Positions 47,963-58,426 of a DNA stretch of 61,187 bases are shown here, piece after piece. Position 1 is the first letter of the stretch; every line of letters begins with the position of its first letter. The position numbers and the translations under genes were made by a program. The notes beneath the pieces are model-generated. The model saw nothing but the letters and a program-made list of their open reading frames with translations. It was not told where the DNA came from and did no database searches. Origin of the DNA: a virus (lineage: Duplodnaviria > Caudoviricetes); IMG/VR virus record IMGVR_UViG_3300021446_000106, positions 1-61,187 of that record. One strand, written 5' to 3'.

Positions 47963-49748
47963 CCCGGTAGAAATTGTTGTCGATATTGCCGGTAGCTTTC
48001 GGGAAGAGCTCGGGGAGCTACGGACTGAGCTTGAGAAAATCGACAACATGGAGATTTCCCCAGACCTCGACATTGATGCTGCTGACGAAATAAAGAAAGT
48101 CCAAGCGCAACTTAAGAAGCTCAAGAAAGAAATCGAAGCGGACCTTGACATCGATGTTGACGGGCAAACCAAAGCGCAAACGATTAAGTCTGCGTTGTCG
48201 AAAGATATGCGGTCGACGTTGCATATCGATACTCAGCAAAGTGGTCTCCCACCTCCGGCACGACAGGCTGTAGCGTCGGCAACTGAGACCTCACTTGGAG
48301 CGGCGGCGCCGGAAGGGGTCATGGATGATAACAAGTTTGGCCGCTCGCCGACGGCTGGCTTTGGGTTAGATATTTCGCCCCGCAAGTTTATGCCGCAGCG
48401 GGACTTTATGGGCTCAGAGCAGGAAAAATGGTTGCGCATGATGCAGCCGTCCCGCCCAAGCACCTCTGGCGGTTCTGGCGGGGACATCCCAACGCCAACA
48501 GGCTCGGGTATGGGAGACCTTAACGTGCCCGGCCTCGGCCGAGATAGTAGCGACGGGTTTGATTTTTCGTCAACAAACCGGAAGGCCAACGCCGCGCTGA
48601 AACGGCTTGGGCGAACAGTTAATAAACTCCGCCCGAACATCATGATGGTGTGGAACGCGCTTGCCGCACTCATTCCGGTGTTTGTGACGCTCGGTGCTGC
48701 AGCAATTGGTCTTGCCGGTGGCATGATAGCCATTGCAACAGCTGGTGCTGCCATCCTTGGCCTTGGGCTCCTTGGGTGGGGCGAAGACTTCCAATCGTCG
48801 CTCCAAGCCGCTAAAGAGGAGGCCATGTCATTAGGGAGCCGGCTTTTCGACGTGCTCCAACCAGTCGCTGACGTGGCGCAGCCGGTACTCCGTGACTGGA
48901 TGCAGGGTGCCCCACGCCAAGTGCAAAAACTTGTCGGGCCGCTCCAGAACCTCATCGAAGCATTTGAAGGCCCGTTGGGCGATATGGGCGCTGGCATTGC
49001 CGACTGGATTGCTGAGGTGATTCAGAGCATGGCCAGCATGGACGGTATCATCGCGCAGATAACCCAGCGATTTGGGCGCGTTGCTGGCGCGTTCCTGATT
49101 GACTTCATGGAGAATATGGTTGTCTTCGCGTATGAGAACCAAGATGCGCTTATTCAGATGGCGCACGCGCTTCGGATGGTCGGCCGGACGCTACTAAGAG
49201 TATCTATCTTTGTCGTTCGGCTGTTGGCCGTACTGGCGCCATTCATTGATTTAGTAGCATGGCTATCGAACCTCCTGACGAATAGGTGGGTTGCCGCATT
49301 CACTGCATCAACGATTGCAGCTATCGGACTCGTTGCGGCATTGACAAGTCTTGCTGCAATGTTAGAGGGCACGTTCTTAGGTATTGGTGGGCTTGTAGCC
49401 GCCAAAATATTAGCAATTGCTGGCAGTATGGGCTCGGCTATTACGACAGCCTATCAGTTTGCCAAAGCAGTTGCCACAGTAAACGGACAACTGAGTATCC
49501 TTCGGGCGCTCTTGCTGAGCATTGGTGTTGGGCTTGTAATTGGTGCCGCTGGATACATGGCCCATCAAGCTGCAAGCACACCCTCACCAGCGCAAACGTC
49601 GTCCCGGCGCCGCGCGGGTTCTGGCGGAGCAGGCAATACTGTCATTATTGAGGGCGATGTTGGAAAGACAGAAATGGACAGACTCATGGACAGGATGGGT
49701 CCCGCAGCCCGTGAAGAGCAATCGGTGTCACAACAGCGAGAACGATAA
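47949..49748 (+). CDS. Tape measure protein
   Basis: Ala/Gly/Leu-rich helical protein with hydrophobic segments; synteny. Confidence 0.85.
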   Translation: MAETDPVEIVVDIAGSFREELGELRTELEKIDNMEISPDLDIDAADEIKKVQAQLKKLKKEIEADLDIDVDGQTKAQTIKSALSKDMRSTLHIDTQQSGLPPPARQAVASATETSLGAAAPEGVMDDNKFGRSPTAGFGLDISPRKFMPQRDFMGSEQEKWLRMMQPSRPSTSGGSGGDIPTPTGSGMGDLNVPGLGRDSSDGFDFSSTNRKANAALKRLGRTVNKLRPNIMMVWNALAALIPVFVTLGAAAIGLAGGMIAIATAGAAILGLGLLGWGEDFQSSLQAAKEEAMSLGSRLFDVLQPVADVAQPVLRDWMQGAPRQVQKLVGPLQNLIEAFEGPLGDMGAGIADWIAEVIQSMASMDGIIAQITQRFGRVAGAFLIDFMENMVVFAYENQDALIQMAHALRMVGRTLLRVSIFVVRLLAVLAPFIDLVAWLSNLLTNRWVAAFTASTIAAIGLVAALTSLAAMLEGTFLGIGGLVAAKILAIAGSMGSAITTAYQFAKAVATVNGQLSILRALLLSIGVGLVIGAAGYMAHQAASTPSPAQTSSRRRAGSGGAGNTVIIEGDVGKTEMDRLMDRMGPAAREEQSVSQQRER

Positions 49749-50299
49749 TGGTTAATATTAGTGATTTATATGCCAGCGGTGACGTAAGTGATATTCGTGA
49801 TGGTGGCCGTAGCGATTCGGGGTCCCGCGGGAAGCCGCGCCAACAGCCCTTCGCCGTGCAAGGCAATGCTCCATTTCGGCCCGAGTTCTATCCCGACCGA
49901 ATTCAAGTAACGAAAGAACGGAACCTTGACAGGAGCGACAACTTCTGTAAAGGAGAAGACGTGAACGATGACGGCGCGAAAAACCGCGACATCCATGTGA
50001 CTGGCCCGATGCTCAAGTTTGGCCTCGATGAAGCGCATGAGCTTGCTGATAGCGGGGCCAAGCATACGTTGGTATCGGCAACATGGTCTGGGGATGTCTA
50101 CGTGAAAGCAATTGAAGTCGAAGGGCCAACAGGGTGGTACCCGCCAGCAAACAGCATGATTTGGGAGTACCGGATGGACTTCGTGGCCGATGGCGGGGTG
50201 GCGTCGGAAATTGAGGACGGGATTGTTTCTCGTGGCAACACGTCTGACGAGGACACCCCGCCTGCACTCTATCGACAATACGAACCATATGGTAACTGA
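49748..50299 (+). CDS. Tail tube initiator (putative)
   Basis: Synteny. Confidence 0.55.
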   Translation: MVNISDLYASGDVSDIRDGGRSDSGSRGKPRQQPFAVQGNAPFRPEFYPDRIQVTKERNLDRSDNFCKGEDVNDDGAKNRDIHVTGPMLKFGLDEAHELADSGAKHTLVSATWSGDVYVKAIEVEGPTGWYPPANSMIWEYRMDFVADGGVASEIEDGIVSRGNTSDEDTPPALYRQYEPYGN

Positions 50300-51686
50300 A
50301 TGTGACGGCAGTGACAGGTCCATTACGATAGCGTTTCCATCAGCGGGTATTGAGGTGGCTCCATTTGAGAGCGACATTCGTCTGGACCGCCGGAAGTATG
50401 CCTATGGCGAGTTTACACTTACGCGAGAAGCTGGTGAACTCATTGCAAACAACGTGCCTGACTATTCGAAAGCACATATACGTATTAGCGACAGGCGCGC
50501 CCACCGCATGGTATACTTTTCGGATGGGTTAACTTTTGAGCGAGATTTAAATGATAACAATATTGCCGAGTTAGAGCTTAGCGATGCCAGCAAGATTCTG
50601 TCAAATGGAACTATTACCGCAAACTTTGAACGGATAACGCTTGGCGGGGCTGTCGATTATATCATGGACCAATATGGGGACCCTGACAATGTTATCAACA
50701 GTTACAAGTTTGTTGGTGACATTGACAAAGGCGAGCGACGTGTGGCTGCGGGAGCTCGGTTTGCTCTGCAAGGCGATACTGTGAAGCGAGCCGGCGGGAT
50801 TAATACGCTTGATGCAAGGGCGTCTGAGCTTCTCGTTTCGGCACAAGAAAAAGTAGACGGGTTGCTCGGCACCGATATGATCGAAGACATACACGATGGA
50901 TTCGATTGGGAGAAGACAACCCCGCTACAGGCGCTTTCAGAGGTCCTCCAAGAATTTGAGCTTGATTGGTGGGTCACGAAGTATGGCGTGCTTGAAATCG
51001 GCCTTGACGGGTCCCGCGGGAAGGTTCTCTCTTCGACTGGCTCTGGCGACAACATTGTAATTCAACATTATGGTATTACGTCGAGCCCCGACCGCGTTCG
51101 CGGTGTCCACCTTGAAGGCAGTTATCGGACACTAAATGCGCCCAGAGAGATAGACGACATCGGTGGCCCCACCTTTAGTCGTCTTGTTGGGATTGCAGAG
51201 GCAGTGAACACCGGAAGCTCGGGCACAGTTGTTGCTGGCGAAGTCCAGAAAGGGTTCTCGTCATTAGAAGAACTCGAAAACATTGCCGAACGACAGCTCT
51301 ACAGAGAAACGATAAATCAGACCAGTGGGTCGATTGGAATCAATGGACTGGCAAGCACTGACAAAGACACAATTGCGGTGCTTGATGTTGGTGATATTAT
51401 TCTGCTCGATGAGTCGCTAAATACCAAGTGTAACAGCGAGCTCATTACTGGCCTGTACCTTATCTTTGGCGTGCAACACAAGCGGAATCCGCGGGAAGGG
51501 TGGACAATTAACGTCGAACTGACTCGCATTCCAGACTTCAATGAAGTAAAGACGCGTTCTGTGTGGTACGACCCAGAAAAAGACAAAGAGTACGACAGCC
51601 TTGAAGAGTACCGGCGCGACTACGACCCCGGATTCAATTTCGTACCAACCTTTGACGTGCCAACGGAGGAAATATTAGATTCATGA
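50289..51686 (+). CDS. Baseplate hub (putative)
   Basis: Size, synteny, GLYLIFGVQH...GW motif. Confidence 0.65.
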   Translation: MVTECDGSDRSITIAFPSAGIEVAPFESDIRLDRRKYAYGEFTLTREAGELIANNVPDYSKAHIRISDRRAHRMVYFSDGLTFERDLNDNNIAELELSDASKILSNGTITANFERITLGGAVDYIMDQYGDPDNVINSYKFVGDIDKGERRVAAGARFALQGDTVKRAGGINTLDARASELLVSAQEKVDGLLGTDMIEDIHDGFDWEKTTPLQALSEVLQEFELDWWVTKYGVLEIGLDGSRGKVLSSTGSGDNIVIQHYGITSSPDRVRGVHLEGSYRTLNAPREIDDIGGPTFSRLVGIAEAVNTGSSGTVVAGEVQKGFSSLEELENIAERQLYRETINQTSGSIGINGLASTDKDTIAVLDVGDIILLDESLNTKCNSELITGLYLIFGVQHKRNPREGWTINVELTRIPDFNEVKTRSVWYDPEKDKEYDSLEEYRRDYDPGFNFVPTFDVPTEEILDS

Positions 51687-52177
51687 CTGACGTAGGGCGC
51701 GTCCAGAATGTCGTCGTGAACACAGACGATAATAAGATATACGTTGACGTTAGTGTTTCCCCGAACCGTCATTGGGATAAGCTTGAGTTTCGGTCGCCAG
51801 CTGCCGGTGTGTGGTTCGTTCCCGAAGAAGGCGACATTGTAGAGGTCGACACAGTTGGCAAAGGCCGGCGGATTGCCCATTCCCCGCACAATACCCCCGG
51901 AGTCACCCTTCCAGAAGGGCTTTCCGAAGGCGATATTTCCTTTCGGTTAAACGAAAGTACGCTATTGACCTTTAAACAGACAGATTCGGGCTACGACATA
52001 GAGCTTACCTGTGATGGTGATATGTACCTCGACGCCGCAAACGTGTTTATCGGTGACACAGGAAACGCTATCAAAGTCGCGCGAGCAAATCATACACATA
52101 ACCTGACGCTCTCCGATGGGTCACAGGGCACGACAAACACAGAGAACGAGGCGCCAACGGACACAAAGATAGAATAA
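51683..52177 (+). CDS. Baseplate spike (gpV-like)
   Basis: VPEEGDIV, C-terminal HTH. Confidence 0.75.
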   Translation: MTDVGRVQNVVVNTDDNKIYVDVSVSPNRHWDKLEFRSPAAGVWFVPEEGDIVEVDTVGKGRRIAHSPHNTPGVTLPEGLSEGDISFRLNESTLLTFKQTDSGYDIELTCDGDMYLDAANVFIGDTGNAIKVARANHTHNLTLSDGSQGTTNTENEAPTDTKIE

Positions 52178-52500
52178 TGGTTTTCGATTTTGCACTCTCT
52201 ACCGAAAACGAAGTATTTATTGACCACCGTGGCGACCTTGCAACTGTCGAGGGCCGCGAAGGGTTTGAACAATCTGTCGCGCTCGCCATTACAGACGAGT
52301 ACAGCGACATTGTAAACGAGTTTGATAATACAAATGTCCTGTCGCTTGTCGAAGTGAAGGCTCAAAAGGTTGCCCAGCGCCATTCGATGCTCGATAAAGT
52401 GTCAGACATTACGGCGTCGTTTGCCAACGATGGTGTGACCCTTGAAGTGGAACTTTCGTATGCCGGGGGTAGCACGTCGATTGTGGAGGCATCGCCATGA
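52177..52500 (+). CDS. Baseplate wedge (gp25/gp46-like)
   Basis: GDLATVEG...EQ. Confidence 0.7.
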   Translation: MVFDFALSTENEVFIDHRGDLATVEGREGFEQSVALAITDEYSDIVNEFDNTNVLSLVEVKAQKVAQRHSMLDKVSDITASFANDGVTLEVELSYAGGSTSIVEASP

Positions 52501-54233
52501 GCACGTTTGAACCAGATAGTAAGCGCGACATTCTGTCAGCAATGCTTGGGACCTACGAGCAATCATTTGACAGAGAGCTTTCGACAAACGAAGTGGCGGT
52601 GTTGGTCCATTTTGCTGACCCAATTGCAGAGTACTTTGCGAACCAGCAAGAGGACCTCAGCGACATCCTCCAAGCGCTCGACATTGATGCGGCGACTGGC
52701 GAGTCACTGAATAATCTCGGCCAGCTTGTTGGCGTGTTCCGGCGCGGTGCCCAACCGGCAACGGTTCGCTTACAGTTCCAAAACGACGACCCGGTAACGC
52801 GCACATATAGTGTTCCGAGCAACGCACGAGCACAGACAGATAGCGCGAACCCGGTCACATTTGCAACTGACACGCAACTCAAGCTCCGGTATCTTGACGG
52901 ATTTGAAGATAACGATATTGTTGAGTATAGCGGCGACACGGGAAGCTTTGTCACGCAGTCTACAACGGTTGAGTCTGGCAGTTATGCTCTCGAAAGCACC
53001 GCTTCTGGCGGGCTCCTCAATCTAAACTACCAGATTGCTGACGCGTCCCGATACCATGCACAACTTCGCTGTTCCAGTAATGCAAAGCCAGCATTCCTGT
53101 ACGGCGCAACGGACCTCAGCAATTATTACGAGGCACGTATTGACCAGCAGAATGGTGAAATAGCAATTGATGTTGTGGATGGCGGGTCCCGCACGAACCT
53201 CGCCTCGGTGGGGGCATCGATTCCAACCGGCGAGTTCCTCCACGTACAAGTCGAGTGGGGTGCTGATGCCTCACACAACCTGACAGTCTTTGACTCCGCA
53301 AACGCAGAATTAGCATCGGTGGACGCAAGTGAAGCCGAAGCGACATTTGAGTCGGGAAGCTACGGCGTTCGTGAGTCGGGCGGGAACACTGCGTACTTCG
53401 ATGAGCTTACCATGTCGCGCGCGTCTGTCCCCGCTACCGCAACCGAAGCGGGGGGTCGAACAAACGTTGGTGCCAACACAGTGACGGTCCTGACACAGTC
53501 ATACAATGGCATCGATGCTGTGACAAACCCACTTGAGTCAGACGGCGGTCGGGACGGCGAAGAAGATGCAGCCTATCGAGAACGCATTCAGGACGAAATA
53601 TCAGACGGGGCCGCAGCGACGCTTCCCGCAGTACTCGGTTCGCTTGACCAGATTGACGAAACAAAGACGGTCAGCGTTATTGTAAACGACTCTGACACAT
53701 CCGATAGCGAGGGGCGCCCCGGACACAGTTTCGAACCCATTGTCGATGTAAACAGCGATTTCTACACAGATGTCGCGCAAACGGTGCTTGAAACGAAAGC
53801 TGTTGGCGATACGTCTGTTGGTGGCTATGCTGGCACGTCGGTCACGCGAACAGCGGAGCTCTCGAACGGACAAGAAAAAGATGTCACGTTTAGCGTTCCG
53901 ACAGCCATTCAGATATACGTTGACGTAACGCTTGAGCACACTGACGAGTACGCTGGCGATGATGCGGTCCGAGACGCAATTATTCAGTATATTGGTGGCA
54001 CGCTGACAAGCGGTGACAACGTTGATGGCGACCTTGGGGCTGGTGATGACGTTATCTACAACAAGGTGCTGGATGCAATTATGGGCGTCGCTGGCGTGTA
54101 CGATGTGACTGACCTACAAGTGGATACGTCGTCGCCGCCGTCGGGTGAGTCAAATATTACCATTGCAACTGGCGAAGTGGCCACCGCAGATGGCGAAGAC
54201 CAGAGCCTTACTGTGAACGCCCAGCACACATAA
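52497..54233 (+). CDS. Baseplate J-like protein with inserted domain
   Basis: ATGESLNNLG, VTNP...GGRDGEED..YRER, GVAGVYDV. Confidence 0.88.
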   Translation: MSTFEPDSKRDILSAMLGTYEQSFDRELSTNEVAVLVHFADPIAEYFANQQEDLSDILQALDIDAATGESLNNLGQLVGVFRRGAQPATVRLQFQNDDPVTRTYSVPSNARAQTDSANPVTFATDTQLKLRYLDGFEDNDIVEYSGDTGSFVTQSTTVESGSYALESTASGGLLNLNYQIADASRYHAQLRCSSNAKPAFLYGATDLSNYYEARIDQQNGEIAIDVVDGGSRTNLASVGASIPTGEFLHVQVEWGADASHNLTVFDSANAELASVDASEAEATFESGSYGVRESGGNTAYFDELTMSRASVPATATEAGGRTNVGANTVTVLTQSYNGIDAVTNPLESDGGRDGEEDAAYRERIQDEISDGAAATLPAVLGSLDQIDETKTVSVIVNDSDTSDSEGRPGHSFEPIVDVNSDFYTDVAQTVLETKAVGDTSVGGYAGTSVTRTAELSNGQEKDVTFSVPTAIQIYVDVTLEHTDEYAGDDAVRDAIIQYIGGTLTSGDNVDGDLGAGDDVIYNKVLDAIMGVAGVYDVTDLQVDTSSPPSGESNITIATGEVATADGEDQSLTVNAQHT

Positions 54234-54235
54234 CG

Positions 54236-54856
54236 ATGACTGACCAGACGACAGAAGCGCTTGCACGTGGCCTGCCCGAGTATTATCCAATTTCGGAGGC
54301 CAGCAATAATTATAAATTGATGCAGGCGCCCGCGGAGCAGGCAGATTCGCTTGACGGTGCCATTGAAGATGCTGAGGACGCGCTGACAGTTACGACGCCC
54401 GATACGAATCTGCGCCGGTTTGGCAAGCTTGTTGGTATTACGAAACGCGATGGCGAATCGGCAGACCATTATCGGGCGCGCGTTCTCGCGGAGTTCGCAT
54501 TGGCGACGTGTGAAGGCACTGAAAGCGACGTGCTCGACGGGTTGGCCACCATCATTGGGATTGCGCCGTCAAACTTCGAGTTAGATGACCGCTCTGCACC
54601 GGGGCGCGCAAATGTGAGTCTCCCAGCCAACGCGCTCGATGACCAAGCCCTCGACCAAAGTGAGCTCAGAGAAATCGTTGAGCGACTCTTGGCAGCCAGC
54701 TATGCGCTGGACGTTATCGTCTCGGGTACATTTACATACATTACGCCGTCGGCATACAATATCAATGACCACGACGCGAGTAAAGCCTACGACGGGTTAG
54801 ATTCGAACGATGAACCGAAAGATAATGGCGGCACATATGCTGGAGTGATTCAATAG
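54236..54856 (+). CDS. Baseplate protein (gpI-like)
   Basis: GKLVGI.KRDGE...YRAR. Confidence 0.7.
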   Translation: MTDQTTEALARGLPEYYPISEASNNYKLMQAPAEQADSLDGAIEDAEDALTVTTPDTNLRRFGKLVGITKRDGESADHYRARVLAEFALATCEGTESDVLDGLATIIGIAPSNFELDDRSAPGRANVSLPANALDDQALDQSELREIVERLLAASYALDVIVSGTFTYITPSAYNINDHDASKAYDGLDSNDEPKDNGGTYAGVIQ

Positions 54857-55648
54857 ATGGCAAATTATACGACCAACCTCAAGGTCTGGGGCTCGACAGG
54901 AAGCGAGTATCCCGATAATTATAACTACGAAGAAGGCGAACAGCCGGTTGACGAATGGGATAACTTCCTGACCTCGAACCTTATTAGCGACATTGACCAT
55001 TTAGTGTCGCTCACAAACACCCGCCTTGAGTCCGAAGTGTCGTCAAGCTATCCGAGTAATCCCGAGAACGGGCACCTTGTGTACAGGGACGACCGCAGCG
55101 AACTCTCTATCTACGATACTGGCAACGCAGAGTGGAGCACCGTTTTGTATGCTGATGGTGACACGTTAGCCGGGACCCTCGATGCAGATGGTGAGTCAAT
55201 AACTGACACGCAAGGGCCGCTCGATTTGGCAACACACATCGACGCGAACGGCGGCTTGCTCCACCACGAGTGGGCATCAAAGTTTGAAGGCGGCACCGTG
55301 CAGACCGGCGAGTCGGTATCGCTTCGTGCCTTTGAGCTTGCCGATGGGGAAAGCCTGCACGTCACGCAAGCGCACTTGACACAAGATGGATTTACGTCGC
55401 CGGCCCCATCCGGTGTTGACCTTGCAATTGTTCCCGAGGGGGCGTCCGGGGCGACGGATACGGTGACAGTGCTGTCCGGGGATGGAACGACAACCTTCGC
55501 TGATAGCCGGGGCGAACCGAAAGCCAGTTATACGAATACGACCGGAAGCGCGCAGGTTGTTATGGTAGCCGTTGACAATGGCGAGTATCATTCTGGCAGC
55601 GGGTCGAGTGAACAAGCATTTGGTGGCTTTATTGCGCGAATTGTATAA
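54857..55648 (+). CDS. Tail fibre-associated protein
   Basis: Synteny after the baseplate genes. Confidence 0.6.
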   Translation: MANYTTNLKVWGSTGSEYPDNYNYEEGEQPVDEWDNFLTSNLISDIDHLVSLTNTRLESEVSSSYPSNPENGHLVYRDDRSELSIYDTGNAEWSTVLYADGDTLAGTLDADGESITDTQGPLDLATHIDANGGLLHHEWASKFEGGTVQTGESVSLRAFELADGESLHVTQAHLTQDGFTSPAPSGVDLAIVPEGASGATDTVTVLSGDGTTTFADSRGEPKASYTNTTGSAQVVMVAVDNGEYHSGSGSSEQAFGGFIARIV

Positions 55649-56121
55649 TGGCTGGTGAGTTTGGAGTTACGAGAACGCCCCCGCCCGGAGCCATTGCTAT
55701 CTGGGCAGACGACATCAGCAGCGTTCCCGCGGGATGGGTGGTTTGTGACGGGAATAATGGCACCCCAGACCTTCGTGAGAAGTTTATCCAAAACGTGCCC
55801 GACGCAAGTACTGACCCCGGTTCGACTGGCGGTACGGGGTGGAAGTCGCTCACGGTGGCGGAGATGCCAACCCATACTCATGAGCACGCGCCAAAAACAT
55901 CGACCGACGGCCAGCACACCCACGACCAGAATGTTGACAGCACGGCTCTCTACGGGGACGACGGCTATCGGGAACTCATTAATAGAGACCAGCTGCCGAG
56001 ACCACAAACGAGCACCAACGGGTCCCATAGTCACTCATCTGGAATCAGCAACACGGGCGGTGGGAGCGCATTTGAGAACAACCCGCCATACTACACAGTT
56101 GCGTTTATCATGAAACAATAA
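55648..56121 (+). CDS. Tail-collar domain protein 1
   Basis: PAGWVVCDGNNGTPDLR, HxH motifs, PPYY...FIMK. Confidence 0.85.
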   Translation: MAGEFGVTRTPPPGAIAIWADDISSVPAGWVVCDGNNGTPDLREKFIQNVPDASTDPGSTGGTGWKSLTVAEMPTHTHEHAPKTSTDGQHTHDQNVDSTALYGDDGYRELINRDQLPRPQTSTNGSHSHSSGISNTGGGSAFENNPPYYTVAFIMKQ

Positions 56122-56123
56122 CT

Positions 56124-56594
56124 ATGCCCGACGTATTTGCCGAGTCTGACATTCCAAGTAGATTCATTATGGTATGGTCGGATTCCCTGAGCAACATTCC
56201 CGCCGGGTGGGCGCTTGCTGATGGGAACAATGGCACGCCAGATTTGTTAGATAAGTTTATCGTCAGCACCGCTGGAAAAAGTAAGGCCGCTGGTGCGACT
56301 GCTGGGAGCCATTTTCGTACCTTAGAGTCAAAACACTTGCCGGACCATACGCACACTGGCCAGACGGCGGCCGGTGAAGGGTCACATTCCCATCTGGCAT
56401 ACTGGAAAGAACTCAAGGATGGTGTGACTGACGGCGGCAGTGAAGCAAATCAAAACGAGACTGGTGGTGGCGGAGAGACGGACCCCGCGGGAAGCCACTC
56501 GCACACGATACAAAACATCGGCGACACGGGAAGCGGGGCCAGTCTTGACATCCGGCCCGAATACTACGAAGTTGCCTATATAGTTCCAATATGA
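56124..56594 (+). CDS. Tail-collar domain protein 2
   Basis: PAGWALADGNNGTPDL, HxH motifs. Confidence 0.85.
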   Translation: MPDVFAESDIPSRFIMVWSDSLSNIPAGWALADGNNGTPDLLDKFIVSTAGKSKAAGATAGSHFRTLESKHLPDHTHTGQTAAGEGSHSHLAYWKELKDGVTDGGSEANQNETGGGGETDPAGSHSHTIQNIGDTGSGASLDIRPEYYEVAYIVPI

Positions 56595-57079
56595 GTGTAT
56601 TTGCTGGCACGACGGTGGACGTTCCCGCGGGAGTTATATTGCCGTGGACCGATAGGGGCACCAACGCGCCGCCCGGATGGGTCTACTGTGATGGCAATAA
56701 TGGCACGCCGGATTTGCGTCGGAAATTCGTGACCGGGTACAGAGCCCAAGAGCCTCAGATTGGCTCCACAGGCGGGCAACACAATGTGTCACTCTCGGAG
56801 TCCGAACTGCCATCACATAGCCATACATTGACGACGACGACGGACAACGCACACAGCCATGAGCTCGGGCATGGCGACAGTACAATTAACCTCTCGGGTT
56901 CTGGTGCAGCAGTCGATGAATGGACAGACACGTCCGACAACGAGGGAAGTGCCGAAACAGATGACGATGGCGCACACCAGCACACCTTCCAAGTCGATTC
57001 GGAAGGGAATGGGGCGACTGGTGCTCAGTTTTCGAACAAGCCGCGACGAGTGAACGTGTCATTTATCCAAAAGGTATAA
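56591..57079 (+). CDS. Tail-collar domain protein 3
   Basis: PPGWVYCDGNNGTPDLR, HxH motifs. Confidence 0.85.
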   Translation: MSVFAGTTVDVPAGVILPWTDRGTNAPPGWVYCDGNNGTPDLRRKFVTGYRAQEPQIGSTGGQHNVSLSESELPSHSHTLTTTTDNAHSHELGHGDSTINLSGSGAAVDEWTDTSDNEGSAETDDDGAHQHTFQVDSEGNGATGAQFSNKPRRVNVSFIQKV

Positions 57080-57081
57080 CG

Positions 57082-57495
57082 ATGCCAAGTACGTGTTCTG
57101 ACTGTGGCCAGTTCTTAGGCGAACCGATTGAAGAAAATGCAAATTACGTGAGTGGCCCGCGCTGGACGGAGCCGACCGATGTGGAAGTTGTGTATGGGCT
57201 CAAACACACTGACGAAACACAAGCACAACTTGACGAGTTGACGGACGAGTTTTCGAACAGGGACCGGGCCGCACTGGCTGCCGAAGCGGCGAATCCGGAC
57301 GTTGAGTCTGTAAATATTGCAACGGAACTCTTTACGACCGTTGAGGTACAAGATGTTGACGGCGCAGTGGAGAGCAACGAAATTGCGTATGTCTACACGG
57401 TTGTAGAAGAGCGTGACGTACAGAAGACGGCGCTCCTCTGCGGCGGCTGTGTGGATACATCGAAAGACGACATCATTTGGGGGCCAGAAGCATGA
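57082..57495 (+). CDS. Hypothetical protein with terminal CxxC pairs
   Basis: CSDC...CGGC. Confidence 0.65.
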   Translation: MPSTCSDCGQFLGEPIEENANYVSGPRWTEPTDVEVVYGLKHTDETQAQLDELTDEFSNRDRAALAAEAANPDVESVNIATELFTTVEVQDVDGAVESNEIAYVYTVVEERDVQKTALLCGGCVDTSKDDIIWGPEA

Positions 57496-58217
57496 ATGGT
57501 ATGCTCCGCAAGCTCCGCGAGTACGTGTATCGAAAGCGCTCTGGACAGTCCGGCACGGTTCCCGAAGAGCCCGAAGGCGAAGAAGAAGATAGCGACGATA
57601 TTACTGTTGGCTGGTCGTGGCCGCCCAACAAATGTGTTGACATTCCCGATTCCGCAGGAACCCGGGGCATCGAGCTTCGACTGTGGGCAACTGATGAGGT
57701 CCACGAAGAAGTTCTCAATGCGCGGCCGTACGTCGAGTATGCATTTGCTGACGCATACGGTGACCGATATGACATTGAGGTGACAGTTAGCGACACGCGG
57801 TTGCCAGATACTATCTCGGGCGATACCTACGACGACTGGCTTTGGGACCAAGATGACATGGCCAAAGACGGCAATATGTGTGTCTTTCAGGACGACGGCA
57901 CCAGCCCGCCCGGATTAGGCGGTGGCTATACTTCGTACTATGCACACGCCGACAAACTACAGGGATTCGACCCGGAGTGTATCAAACAGTTCGGGTACGG
58001 CGACGCCCACTTTGCCGTGAATGTCCTCATTATGGAACTTGGCCACTGTCTCGGGCTTGGGCACAACGGCGCAAAAGTGACGTATGACGGCAGCAAGTGG
58101 ACCGGCAGCGGCGACTCATTCGTGACCCCAATGTCAACCGGCTACATTAATGCACAGGGCTACTTCCACAGCCTGTGGGCCGACTTACACGATGCCGAAC
58201 TCCGCGTGAACGGATGA
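57492..58217 (+). CDS. Metzincin-like peptidase with variant zinc motif
   Basis: MELGHCLGLGH followed by PM (Met-turn-like). Confidence 0.6.
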   Translation: MNGMLRKLREYVYRKRSGQSGTVPEEPEGEEEDSDDITVGWSWPPNKCVDIPDSAGTRGIELRLWATDEVHEEVLNARPYVEYAFADAYGDRYDIEVTVSDTRLPDTISGDTYDDWLWDQDDMAKDGNMCVFQDDGTSPPGLGGGYTSYYAHADKLQGFDPECIKQFGYGDAHFAVNVLIMELGHCLGLGHNGAKVTYDGSKWTGSGDSFVTPMSTGYINAQGYFHSLWADLHDAELRVNG

Positions 58218-58426
58218 CCGACGACGAGCACTCGCTTGTTGGAGAGCTATCCTATGACGAATGGCACGTGTTTGTCAATGGTCTCTACGCTGGCCTGACA
58301 TGGGGTTGGCATGACAGAGACACGCTTGCGGAGCAACACTACTTCCGGGCCGGCCACATGGCGGGCACGTTCCTGCAGTACACGACATTCGCTACAGTAT
58401 TGTACCTATGGTTTCAATCAACTTAG
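58214..58426 (+). CDS. Small membrane-associated protein
   Basis: ATGA overlap; hydrophobic C-terminus. Confidence 0.55.
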   Translation: MTDDEHSLVGELSYDEWHVFVNGLYAGLTWGWHDRDTLAEQHYFRAGHMAGTFLQYTTFATVLYLWFQST

